Source: Fimicolochytrium jonesii
Lineage: Eukaryota
Assembly: GCF_025526975.1 (NCBI RefSeq)
Contig: NW_026515676.1
Coordinates: 1-64,000, forward strand
Reading direction: 5' to 3'
DNA length: 64,000 bases
Position numbers and translations under genes: made by a program. Shown here one piece after another: positions 10,047 to 22,477 of the stretch; positions within the stretch are counted from its first letter, which is position 1, and every line of letters begins with the position of its first letter. The notes below the pieces were generated by a model that was not told where the DNA came from, made no database searches, and saw only the letters and a program-made list of their open reading frames with translations.

Positions 10047-10099
10047 CATTTTCCCTCGTGGCGATCAGGGACTTGATCTTGTCGCGCCGTTTTGCAGTC

Positions 10100-10350
10100 C
10101 TGAACCTGCGTAATGGGAGGCTGGGTAACCGGCGTCGGACCACCCACGGGCGGAACCTTCCAACCGTTCATGTTCGCGGGCTTCGACGTCGCGATAGCCT
10201 TCGGCAACGCCTCCCGCTTAACACTGAAAGGCACGCGTTTTTTATAACCCGCTTTTCCACCCTTGACGACCAGCCGCTGAATCGTGTCTGGACATAAACC
10301 CAGTTGCTGTGATAGCTCCCGGAGCGTGTTCGCAGTCGCAAAGGATCTTG
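10100..10350 (-). pseudogene. Short HTH (NUMOD1-like) fragment
   Basis: TLRELSQQLGLCPDTIQRLVVKGGK inside ORF 9926..10420 has helix-turn-helix spacing. Confidence 0.4.
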
Positions 10351-10997
10351 ATTGCACGTTCGACTTTTCACGGATTGACGATATTGACCGGGATGCCTTC
10401 CGAGATCTTTTGACCCGCATTCACGACAACCGCGGCACCCTGGACATGCGCCTCAAGGTGGAGAAGTACCTTTTAAAAAAAAAGTTTGAGCACGAAGCAC
10501 ACGAAGGAGACCTGGCGGTGATCTGGAAGCGCGCACCAGAACTGATAGACTGCGTTGATGAGTTGGCTTACGGTACGGCGTCTGTTGACTGGGATTGGGA
10601 CCTCGTCTCATATGCTGATCCTGAAGACCACATTGTCAATCGGATTCTAGCCGAGAACGGCGTCACTCTGGAGCCACGTCAAAATTTCTACTTGCCCGAT
10701 AACATGTCGACACTGATACCTTTCGAAACGATAAAAACAAAATTTGCGTTCCATTCCCCTGTTCCAGATTACCGCTCAGGGCCTGTCGCGGCCGTCCTCG
10801 ATGCGTTCTTTCAACTTCATCTATATAAATCAAAACTGGTAAGGGACGGACTGCAGCGCCGCCATGTGTACAAGCCCGATAAGGACTCCCTGATACTCAT
10901 CCAATTATCCCCGGACAACATTCGTTTGCGCGTCGAATCGGAACCGGAGGGCCATTCCGGAGTCGAATCAGCCGACGAAGAGGTGTCCTCGGAGTGA
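10340..10997 (+). pseudogene. 5'-truncated ORF resembling the C-terminal part of large-DNA-virus replication origin-binding (UL9-like) proteins
   Basis: FDFSRIDDIDRDAFRDLLTRIHDNRGTLDMRLKVEKYLLKKKF matches, from memory, the post-helicase segment of NCLDV origin-binding proteins; no helicase motifs are present. Confidence 0.45.
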
Positions 10998-11123
10998 TTT
11001 CTTTCCAGCGCCCAGACAATTCCTGTCATAAGACCAGAAAAACTTTTCGGCATCAGAGACGGTTGTGTTACGCCGAAGTATTCCCTTGACCGCCAAGTTG
11101 TGCTAGTGTGTCGATGCGGTGGG

Positions 11124-11199
11124 AAAAAGGGGTGTTGTCACGCTAGTTGGTGCATTCCTTATATAGATATCACGAACTAGCGTGACAACACCCCTTTTT
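11124..11199. repeat. Perfect 25-bp inverted repeat (hairpin)
   Basis: aaaaaggggtgttgtcacgctagtt (11124-11148) and aactagcgtgacaacaccccttttt (11175-11199); AT-rich spacer. Confidence 0.95.
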
Positions 11200-11259
11200 T
11201 CGACGGCCAAAGCCACCCACTCTAGTTCTTCCTAGAAGGTTTAAGATCCTGCTAGCTGT

Positions 11260-11836
11260 GGACGAAGTATAGCAGGATGAGCAATCCCTGCCATGTGTGG
11301 AGGGATCCGGCTGCGTTTGGCTGTGTGCGGCGGCATGGTTTGGCGCGTCTTGGGTTTTGACGGGTAATTGACAATGAAAGCTTTTGCTGAGGTAAGCGCT
11401 GATGTAAGCCATGGTATGGACGCGTCGGCCATAACAAAACCCTTTCTCGTCCTCGCCGTTGAAGAAGGCTGTTAGAGGGATTTGATCCGCCTCATCCAGC
11501 GACGATTCGAACCAGATCCGACGCATGTTTTCACTGCGGCCGGCAGGGACATTTCCCCTCGGGGTGCCTTGTTTAGCATCACCCCAGCTCTGGTGACCAG
11601 CCGGCCCCTCCTTAAGGAAGAGCCCATGAACCGTCTTGGCGCTGCGGCGGACCTTGGGAGGTTGACTGATATGCGCGAACGGATCGAAATGGAGGAGAGC
11701 TCACGGACGGCAGTTCCGACGTGAGCCTAGAAACGGATTCGAAAACGCCGCGGTATGCTGGCGGTGCGGTCGGGAAAGGCACTATCAGGCGGCGTGCTAC
11801 GCACGTCGACATCAGGATGGGAAAGCATTATCATAA
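11260..11836 (+). pseudogene. Degenerate GIY-YIG-like nuclease with two CCHC zinc knuckles
   Basis: CFHCGRQGHFPSGC (11526-11567) and CWRCGRERHYQAACYARRHQDG (11756-11836) separated by an acidic/Ser linker; upstream EGSGCVW..RRHG remnant; stops and frameshifts. Confidence 0.6.
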
Positions 11837-12370
11837 TACCGAGTTGAGTAATCCACGGAACAGTGTTAACCACAACCTCAATTATCAGCTTATCGAAGAG
11901 AACGGTTACAGTCCCTCTCATTTTCCGATCGCAAATCGAGCGATCAACAGGATTGGCGGCTCCGGCAACGACAGTGGGACCCTTGACCGCGCCCATGTCG
12001 AATCGGGGTTTCCCCCAAATCGAGGGCTCGATGCAAATTAAGAAAACCGGATAAACGACGGAAAAGAACGAGAGCGTGGCGCATGTGAGGTGAGCCAAAC
12101 ATACGGAAGCATCAAGACCATCAACATGAAGAATGGACAGGAACAAGCGGTAGCAAATTACTTTACCCGTGCAATGAGATGTGCGCCACGCCGGTCGTCG
12201 CATCTTACACAAGATGTGCAATTGTCTACCTATGACGATTGCGGGCAGGAGGCAAGAGTCTCTCATCCGATGTCTGCGCCTAGCGCTACCCCTGCAAGAC
12301 GGGGACTTCGTATCACCTCAGGAGTGGTCCTTCACAGATGGCATCAGTTTGCGCTAGGAGGACGTGCATG

Positions 12371-12417
12371 CCCCAACCCTGTCCCTAACCCTAACCCTAA
12401 CCCTAACCCTAACCCTA
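12371..12417 (+). repeat. Interstitial telomeric repeat (CCCTAA)5 with degenerate flanking units
   Basis: ccccaa ccctgt (ccctaa)x5 cccta; orientation is that of a left chromosome end. Confidence 0.95.
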
Positions 12418-13765
12418 TTTCCTGCATCTTGTCGAACTCGCCGAAGAGCTCCTGCTTCCTATGCGCGCCGAAGGCGCATCGTTTGTGAATGGAATCGACG
12501 GTGGTAGCGGTGAAGCCTGCTGCTTCAAGCGCGACCTTCTGGGCTTCGCGGACGGTCTTGAACAGCGTTTCGCGTGCAATCAGGGTAGTGGCCTCACAGA
12601 CCGACATGGTCTGTTGGACAATGGAGACGAGTTGTTCCTGCGTCATCCCAGGCGCGGCTGATTGACCGAGGAGGGAGAGGATGGTGGCATGCTCCTTGAA
12701 AGCCCGTTGGTGCCAGTGAACGAGGGGAGCGTAGTTCGCCTTCACCTTCTTGAAAGCTTCCTTCTCAGCGGCGGAGCAATGCACGAGGAGGACATTGTCT
12801 GTGGGCGTGCCGGAGTTCATGTTGATGGAGTAGGCGTCCAACACGTCAACTTTGGGGATGCGACGCTGAAGTTCCTTCTCACTCTCCTCCTGCATCGAAA
12901 CAGATACGACGCCTTCGTCGCGGAGGATGTCGGCGAGGTGCATGGTGAGCGGGATCACCGACCGGCTGGTTGGGAGGCGCACGCGGGTGTCGGCGGCGCC
13001 GGACTCGGAGTCGGAATGGTGCAAGCCTTCAGGGTGTTCGAGTTCGTTATCCTCATCATCATCCGCCGGTGCGCGGGACGTGACGACGTTTGGTTTTGGG
13101 TCTCTCGGCCGCTTGAATGTCGCGAAAGGATGGCAGCGTTTGGCTCATGGCAATGAAAACCGGCTGCGTGTCCGGTCTAGGATCCCACATGGTCTTTTGA
13201 AGCCGGGGGCGAGGAGGAAGTTCGCCGGGCTTCACGCGAGGATAACGGGCGCCTTTTTGGCATGAATGGCGTCGAGGCGATGTTTGGGGATGGGGATGGG
13301 GATGGGGATGGGCGCATTCGACGTGGACATGTCGTCGTGCGTACGCTTGCGGCGCGCCCTAGCCAGAGCGATCGCGGCGTGGTGGCGTTCTACAAGCCTT
13401 TCCCGTTTTCTTTCGAGGGCGGCGATAAGGGCAGCCTGGTTGTCTCGCTCAATAGAGGCGACGACCTGCTCGGCGTGAGAGAGATGCTCTTCCCATTCCG
13501 CAATTTCATCGGCTGTGGGGTTTGCGGGAAGGCTCGGAATGCGGCGAGGGATGCGACGCTCGCGCTCACGGGGTTGAGCGTCGTTTCCCTCTTGGTTGTC
13601 GGTTGTCTCCTCATGTTGGAATTCACGCTGAGAATGTTGGAATTCACGCTGAGAACGGTGTGTTGCGAGGCGTTGTCGTCCATGGTGATGATAATGCCGC
13701 GGGCGAAAACACAGGTGTGGTAGGTCTGTGCAATAGCCGGGGGAGGAGAGCGAATGTGAATTCAA
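12418..13765 (-). mobile_element. Disrupted gag/ORF1-like frame, probably of a DIRS/Ngaro (tyrosine-recombinase) retroelement, cut off at the telomeric tract
   Basis: Same-frame ORFs 13232..13765 and 12344..13024 separated by stops; coiled-coil N-terminus and helical domain ending …KVALEAAG…ELFGEFDK, reminiscent of DIRS ORF1; no RT or YR present. Confidence 0.45.
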
Positions 13766-14516
13766 GGTCTCCTTGTTTTGCGTCTATGCGCTGGGTAAAA
13801 ACCCAAACCGGTGGCCGCTCGCTGGAGCGACTGCTGGTTGATTCCCCTTCTGTCCAAAGACAGAATCACCATGGAGACCAGATATCGACGTACCTGTGTC
13901 GAGAATGATTGAAATTAGGTCGATGTTGTGCAGAATCAGAGTGCAATGTCGTGAACAGAGAGTGCGCTTAGCCTGTTTTTGTTCCAAGATCTGTGCGCTC
14001 GAGTGAAAAAGAGATAAGGGAAAGGGAGCTATACGCACCGCAATCTGTTATTTATCCTGTCACTCGCGAAGGAAAATAGAGAAGCTTAGTAAGCAACCTC
14101 CGAATGAAGTCCATTATGTGCGGTGCCAGAAGAGAACCGAGAAAGATAACATACGTAGTTTGCACTAAGTAATAAAAACCAACATAAAAGAGTATGATAA
14201 ATAGCGCAAAAAGCAAAATAACAAAAATCGCAAGAAAAGAAGGAGGTTAGGTCGGGAACCAAAGCCCGCCGGGCGCAAGCATTTTACATAGGAAAAGGGC
14301 AAGTCGGGGACGAGACTGACTAGGGAGTACTCGTAGCTGCCTTCTCTCTCTCTCTCCCCCTCTCCTCTCCTCTCACCCTCATAACTATAGCGAGAGGTGG
14401 GGAGCAACGAAAATATACATGTACAAAGTGTGTTGAGTGACTGCTTGTATTGGGTTTGGGTTGTCGATAAAGTGGGGTGCCTACTACCGTCGAGAGGCTT
14501 TTTCCATCCCCACAAA

Positions 14517-17500
14517 CTACTGAGGGGAGCGCATCAGGGACTGATTGATGGATTTCGCCACGCTGGCAAACAGGCGTTCGATTTCGGGCGCGCAACGGAT
14601 AAAGTTCGTGTGGTCCCAGAAGTTGTAGCGTGGGTTCCGGATCAGTTCAATGAACGTGATCAAGAGGCCGTATGGGTGAGGTCGGTTCACGACCAGGCGT
14701 TCAATCAAGACCCTGCAAATTGTGAGACATCAGAGGCTGTGCAAATATCATTCAGTACGTTCATACACCCCACACATACCTTGTGATCTGCTCCTGAATA
14801 ACTTCCTGAGTAGCTTCGGCAAATAAATACAACAAGACACAGCTGAAGTAGTGGGTGTGACTGTTGGGGTATCGCAGCTGGTTGGCGATGGCGCTAAACA
14901 ACAGATAACGGCCTGTTCGACATATATGTTTAGCTCCCAATCTCTGATATCGTCACTGCTCAAAACACAATGTGCATACCTTCTGTGTCCAGATCAACCG
15001 CCAGCTGCTGGAAAATATCCATCGGCGCACTGGGCGAAACAGGCGACGCACCCCCTTGCGCCCCCTTGTTCTGCGACTGTGCGATGGCTTGCACTCCTAT
15101 GTACAATACCAAAGCGTTGATGGTAGACACGTTATACTGCGTGCTCTCGCTGCTAGCCGACGCAGGTCCAGTCAAGAGCAGGCGGCCGCGCAGATCGTTC
15201 AGGAACTGAGATGGGCCCCGCGATTTGAGGTACGCATCCACATCCTGCTTCAGGTTGTTCCTCAACAGACCGCTGGTATAGTCGGACAGCACGTGGGGTG
15301 GCTGGTTGATTTCGGGAAGGAGATCAACCTTCAGGTTGGGGGTGAAGGGATCGGGTAACCGCATGGTTCGTGGGAACGCGCTGAGGATCAAGTTGCGAAG
15401 CTGAATGCACATGTGGGGGATGACGTCCACGAAGCTGAAGTGGTAGTCGCAGAGGAACTCGGGGAAGTCATGGAGCAACACCAGCAAGATCCTCAAAGTT
15501 GCTCGGTAGAGCAGTCGAGTTGTGTCGGACATCTCGGATTGCTTCAAGAAGGGACCGAGGAACTTGAACAGGTCGACAAGCAACCTCTGGAAGAACGGCC
15601 AGAACTGAAAAGCAACTCTGCATCAGCTCCTGTCATGCGGAAGTCATAACAAACCTATATATTTACCTTCTGGTTCTCCGCAAGCAAGAGCTTGGGCATA
15701 AAGAACCGGTGGGAAACCAGTTGCAACCACGAGAACGTGAATCCAGGCAGGAACGATGGTTGCAAAGTGTGGAAGGTATTGCTATAGAGATGACCACACC
15801 GTTAGGTGCCTTCCAACAACGCGCGCCGGTTCCAGGATATAAACTTACCTGACAGCCGACAAGATCTGGATATAGATCGGCTGCAGATCCCACTCAAACA
15901 TGCTCAAGTCGTTCAGCAAGGTCGAGAACAAGCGGAAGAACGGGCGCTGGTTGAAATGCTCCCGCTGCTGCTCGTGCGAGTGAACCAGCACCAAGACAAT
16001 GATGGACAGAATCTTGGCGGTTAGGTTGAGGCGCGCATGGTTGTTGTCCACACCGGCTGGGTCCACATGGTATCGGACAAGTAAGACGATGAGCCGGGCG
16101 AATGCATCAACTGCTTGGAAGGGTGCCGGAAGCCCTGGCGCGGCCTGTGCTTTGTTGTACGCATCCATGCAGATCTCGGTGCATACGCGGAAGAACAGAG
16201 GCGAGATGGCTTCCGCTCGCAAAATTCCTTGCTGCTGCAACTACAGAGGGGAAGACGGGAAAGTCAGAGTCAAGATGCCCACGTTTCTGTTGTGAACGAC
16301 GACATATACCTGTTGGATGAAGAACGCGTGGGACTTTTCATTCGACGCAGGATGGTAGAACGTGCGAACCCAGTCGTGGAAGAGTGCAGCCAGATGTTCC
16401 CGAAGGCTGGCGGTCTCGATATCCTTTGTCGTCAAATCCTTGACAGAGAACAAAGGTAGCCGGTTTTTCACAGCGTTCAAACGCTTCGCACAACTATAAC
16501 AACCAACTTCAGTCAAAAATGGAATCCGAAAGTATCGAAATTCAGAAACATACCCTTCCGGCAACTTGCCGGGTGCTGCGGCAAGTCGGTTAAGCACCTC
16601 GAAGGAGTTGAAGAAGTCGTTCTGTACCGACATAGGCGCCTCGCTAGCCATGAACTGCTCGATCAGCTGCACGGTGAATTCGATGACGGTAGTTCGCCCG
16701 GTCTCCATGAGCCGTGAGAGTTGCATGTCCAGTTCGGGAATGCTGAGAAGCTTAGCTTGAACGACGGCAATCGTGGCCGAGACGTTGAACTTTCTCTGTG
16801 AAACCCGGATACTATCAGTATAAGATCCTCGCATGTGTGGAACTTGATATCTCTTTGAATCACCTCATCGTCATGGTACAACAACCACTCCTTGATTTCC
16901 TTCGCCAGCCGCTTTGAGATTTCGCACAGCTTTTCCAGGAGTAGCATGCAAATCTCCCTCATCAACGGCGTCTCGTTGTTGTAGACAAGTTGCATGATCT
17001 TCTGCGCGTACAACAAGCTCATCTCATCACGATTGACGGGGCTCATGATGACCGTTGAGATATCCCTAAGAAGATTCTGAATCGCGTGCGGAGTAGGAAG
17101 CGAGGCCAAGGTTGCCGTGGGAGTCTGGGCAACCTGAGTCTCAAGCTCGTTGATAGCTTGCGAGAACTTCTCAATGAACTGCTGAGCGGAAAACTGCGAC
17201 GACTCTTCATCCGAATTCTGGCCGAGGGGATGTCTCGCCTGGTCAGGCCTTCCGTCGCGGGCGGCGCCAGCGCCACCACGCGGCAGTTTGTCCAGAGGCT
17301 CCGGCACAGGGGAGGCATTGGCATTGATCCTCGCGAAATCCTCGTACACGCGCAATTGTTGGCCGCTGAGACCCCCGGCCTTGAGGCGGAGAGGGTCGGG
17401 AAGATTTGATGGGTATCGTGACGAAGCGAAAACCGACATGTCGTAGAAGGGCCCGTTGTTCCTCGTTCGGTGTTGCCTCCTGTTGATGAACGACGGTTGC

Positions 17501-20500
17501 AGAGCTTCGTCAATGTCGGGCAACGCTTTCTCAGCGGCAGCTTTCTCAAGCACAGAGCACGCAAGGTCCAGGTTGTCGGCAACAATGATGTACACGGCTT
17601 GTTCGGGCATCGTCTGTTCCGTGAAGCCGTTCTGGACAAGCAGGCTCCTCAGATGAGACATCATGCTGACACGCAGAGGCTCCCGCGAGGACACGGATGC
17701 CAGGCTCCCTGCTAAACTGGAGACCATGAGATGCGCTGCTTTGCGCATCCTGTTCTCATCATTTTCCAGTGCGAAATCCTTGATGACCAGTTCCCTTGTG
17801 GCGATCCCCGCAATGGTAACGCTGCGTTCGACAACAGGAGAGATGATTTCCCTGATCGCCCGGTCGATGGCGATGTACACGATCCTCTTCAATGAAGGTT
17901 GGGCGTTGAAGATAGGCAGGTTCGGGTTGAATGTGATGAAGGCGGCCAAGTTCGGGATGCCACCAATGCTCTCGTCGCCTCCAGCCGAAGGATGAGCACT
18001 GAGAGCAGATGCGTCATTCGCAAAGCCTTGGGCCAATGCATTCGAGCCGCCGGCCACATTGACATCTCCCGTCTGCAACGAGCCGGACGCCCCAATCCCA
18101 GACGAGGTCAAAGACGGTCCCTTTGCCCCGAACTGATTAGCGGACTCAGCACTCTTCGCCGGACGATTACGAAGTAGGTTGGTCGGCTCGATATCTATCA
18201 ACCAGTATAAGGTGAGACCAGTCCCAATGCAATATGGCAAACAAATGAACCTTACCTTTGATCTGAAGTTTCAGGTTCTTACTGAGAACTTCAATCTCGA
18301 ACTTCAAGTTCAGCTTCAAGTCAGCGTAGTGGTACAGCTCCGCCAATAGCTTCATGATCGCCATCACCCACGGGTTTGGTGGCTTGAATACTTTGCTCTT
18401 GGCATTTTTCGAGCCCTGTTCCAGGACCTTGCATACGAACGGTATCACAACGATGAGTCGTCCGCTGTCATATCCTTCCAGCAAGAGATCCTGCACGGAG
18501 CAAAAAGCAAGGAAGGGTCAACAAAGATGTCGTTACGGGCCTGAAGGTAGAACAATCATACGTACCTTCACAGCAAGATTCTTATGCTTGATGGGCTTGT
18601 TCTTGGCGAGTGTGATCAATCCTAGCCACGTTCCCAGGTTCTTCAACAAGGATCGCTCTTGAGACGACGTCACCGTCTTCTCAGAGTTCAGCAACACCTT
18701 GATGTTCGAGTACGTCTCGTGCAATATTCTCCTGTGAAGGTTCTTGCTCTCCAACATATCCAAGAAATCGATATACAGAGAATGGAAGTTCGGCTCAATA
18801 CTAGCGCGCTTGACCAGGAAGTAATGACTGAACCACCGGTGATGCGGCTCTTTGAGAATATCCTTCATCTCCACCGCTTTACTGTCGATGTTTGCGACGG
18901 AGATGTTGTTGATGATGAACAGAATCTTATCTTGAATTGCTTCATTAGGCACTTCAGACTGATCCCGGCCTGGCGAATCCAATACGGAATCGACCCTCAG
19001 AGCCGTGAATACCGGGGCTTCCTCTTGCTTGGGCAGCTCCGCTTGCTCGATAGCGACGTTCGAGTTCAACGCGAGACTCGCTTCCGCGTTCAACTGCTCA
19101 GCGGGGTTCGCGTTGCCGTCAACCCCGCGCTGCAACGTCTTGATGTACTCAACAATGTCTGGGTGCGCTTGGTACAGATGTGAGATCTGCAGAAGCAAGG
19201 AACAGTACTGTGGCCATTCCCCTAGACGAGCTTGGAATTGATTCAGCGCCTGAATCCCGAATTTGAATAGGCGAGCTCCGACTGGTTGTCGTAGCGCATC
19301 CAAAACGTATCGCAGAGCCATCCCAAGCGCCCTTGACGATACAATCTGATTCTGAATCATCGCACCGAAGAGAACGCTTGTGACTGCAAGCTCCTTGTCC
19401 GGGTATCTTGCAAAGAACTTGTACTCGTCGAACAGGTTGTGCACCATGCACTTGTAGATATCCACTTCCCGCTGGTTCTGGGATTGTTTGAAGTTTTGTA
19501 GAAGATCCATCACTTGACTGATCGACAGCTCGCCTTTGTAGATTCGTTCGTAGTAAGAGTTCGCCTCTTCTTCCACATCATCCGGGAAAGAAATGCCTTC
19601 CCCTACTGCGCCTTCGCCAAATGTTGGAACGTTGGCTAGGCGTGGATATGTTTGCAGGCAAGCACTGGAGACATCCTTGAGATATGCGGCATTGGCAGGA
19701 GTCAACCTGTTTGATCGCGTGGGTCAGCAATCTTTCCTGTCCAAAATAACGTGCCGAATGATCAAAAACGATGGACTTACGGTGTATGCGCATGCAGAAC
19801 CCGCAAGAATGTTGCCACCACATCCACCGACAGCGGAATGGACCGCTTGGTGTTGGCTACATCGCCTCTCTGGTTCTGAACGTTTATCTTCTCATTGAGA
19901 AAGTCCAGGCATGCAAGAACGAAGACATCGCCTTGATCCCGCAAATGGTCCTGCAACCACTTCTCCAAGTTCAAGTAATCCCGTCGGGATGCCAAAGCAG
20001 CGAGATCAATGGAAAACGAGAACGGCCTGGTTTCCAAGATAGCGGATAGCGCCTTGAAACGCATAGATGTCAGGGGACATGTTTGTTGCGCCATTGCTTT
20101 GTGAAATGAATCAACATACCCGCATCTCTTGCGCGACATCCAAAATTCGAGAAAGGGAAGAAGGATCTTTCGTGTACATGTGCAGAAGTCCGGAGATGGA
20201 GAGATTCTGATTATACTGCCACAGCCGAGGAAGCACGAAGGTGGAGTTGGGATGGCCGGTAAGGAACAGCATCACCAGACCGGGGGTAAGCTCTTTCATG
20301 GCGGTGTTCCAAGGAATCTGAACGGGGCACGAATTAGACCGGAAGCATTGAACCCTGGCATCGGGAGGCTACATACCGTCATCTGGGCGAACCCGAGCAG
20401 CATGAGTTCGGGTGCTTGCTGTACCCCATAGTCCAGAATAGTCTTCACTTCCGTGTAGAGAGGACCGTCAGATAGCGTGACAAGAGTCTCAATCAGATCC

Positions 20501-22109
20501 AGTGAATTGAAAGGCTGTGTCACTAAAGACGGGAGTAGCTGCCGCGCAGTTGCAGCGACATCCATCGGCACGACCCGCTTTGTTATTGTTTGGTTCAAGC
20601 TGAACAGTTCCGGTACAGACTGCACTGCTTGTCTGATAAAGGATAGCTGTCCTGGCGGATTTTCCCATTTTCCGAAGAAGGCGGTAATCGGAAATTGGTA
20701 GGCATCCTGGAAAGGTACTATGAGTTCGGAGACTATTTCCATTATGGGTGATCACTGAACAGACCTTGATGACAGCCTTAGAGGCGTTGAGGATGATCGC
20801 CAACCCCTGCGCATCTGTGATGTGAAAGTCTGGTCGATCAAGACTGCGCAACACCGTGAACCAGTCCAAATCCGGATTCTGTAACGATAAACCAAACATC
20901 CCGCATTTAGTGACCGTCGTTCTGCGGAGGAGACGCTTCGAAACCCGACATTACCACTTCGAGAGCGCAGTCCACGAATATCTCAACGTTCCATGAGGTG
21001 GAACGCTGTAGGTTCACGCCTTCGGATTTGAAGATGGACATTGCCAGAGCGTCCTGGGAGGGGTCTCTATCCCAACCGAAGCTCGTCCGAACCATCATCA
21101 CCAAGACCTCCGCAACAACCGCGTTCGTTAAATTCGCTCTCGTCACCCCGCCATGATTGAAAAGCCTTCGAACAATCTCCCGCGAGGAGGATGCATTGTA
21201 GCCGAGCGCCTGCATTAGCTGCGCCAGCTTCGCGCCTGAAGAGGATGCATCCAGAGCTGACATCCTGGTGAACCATGCGAAGTCAGACACTACTCGGGTC
21301 CATGCAGGAAGAAAATCAAAGTCCAACCTTTCCGGAGTTGCTCTATCAGATCTTTCGTGGATATCGCCAGGTCCCACCTGGGCTTTCACTGATTCGCGAC
21401 CCCTCTGAGAATCGAGGTGGCTGATGTGTTGAAGAGTGATCAAACTATGCCAAGCGAGCTGCGCTTCGGATTCCCCAACGCGAGTAAGCGCTTCTTCGGA
21501 CTCCGGAGGGAGTCGGAGTATGCGTTCACTGATATAATTAACTATGGAAAGAAAAGCGGCGGTGAGCAATGGATGCTCGCCCTGGTTTAAACCGAGCAGA
21601 AACCTACGGGCAGGTTCCGACGCACTAAGCACTGTCGATAGCAAAGCACCAACAACTGTGCGCTGAATCCACGATAGCTCACAGTTGAAAAATGCTTCCC
21701 AGCTCACTGACTGATCTGGCAGAAGATCACGAAGCTGTGCGACTGGGAATTTGCAAGTGACAGGAGCGCTGGAGACGGGCTTCGCAAAGTGACTAAGAAA
21801 CTGGCAGAGTAGAGATTGCGTTACGAGAGGAGTTCGAAGCTAGGTTTGACAGTGGTATGCACCACACCGGTAGGCACGGCATTGGCGTGAAACCTCACAT
21901 ACCTCGTAAACGTCCTCGAAGTCCGTTCGAAGTTCCCAGCCGGGAGCGCCTTTTTCTATGTCCTTGAATAAATCCCAAAGGATTGCAAAGAGAGCTTTCT
22001 TCGGGAGCGGGTGGTCGAATGTCACGAAGCGATCCAAAGAGGAGTCCGCGGTGCTGTGTGGTTGTGGTTTGTCTTGATGCGATAGTTCCGGTTTCAGTTC
22101 CGAGTTCAT
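14517..22109 (-). CDS. NOT1: CCR4-NOT transcription complex scaffold subunit 1 (multi-exon)
   Basis: Exons carry NOT1 motifs: [81 protein letters not shown]. Start codon approximate. Confidence 0.97.
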
Positions 22110-22477
22110 TGGGCGGGAGCGCCCCTTTCAACTGCAACGACTATGGGGGGGGGAGGTTGAAGGCGCACGGAGACGGTAAGTTTGCTATCCGACTTGTGCC
22201 ATGCCTGGGCGATGCTGGTGATTGAGCTCTGAGCGCTTTGAGTGGGAACTTGTCTGCCAGCAGTGGGGAAGGGTCGGCCACATAACGCACGTCAAGCGGA
22301 CATAGATAAGTCAGCAGCATTAACCACAAAATAATAATTAAATTAAAGAGCGCCAGGCGTAGTGTGCCAATCCAGGTGCCAATGCCCTGCTCGTTTTGCA
22401 GCGTATGGTTATTTTACGCTACGTTCTGAAGGCCCTCCCAGCGAAGAACAAATCAGTAAAAAGCACGTTCTTGGCAA

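Noticed and set aside
11170..11526. Helitron Rep motif (AYISAYLSK)
   Set aside because: No HUH motif, and the opposite strand explains the region better (knuckle gene).
13285..13655. (GGGGAT)n run and 21-bp duplication as separate elements
   Set aside because: Local slippage inside the gag-like frame (PIPIPIP; HSQREFQ twice).
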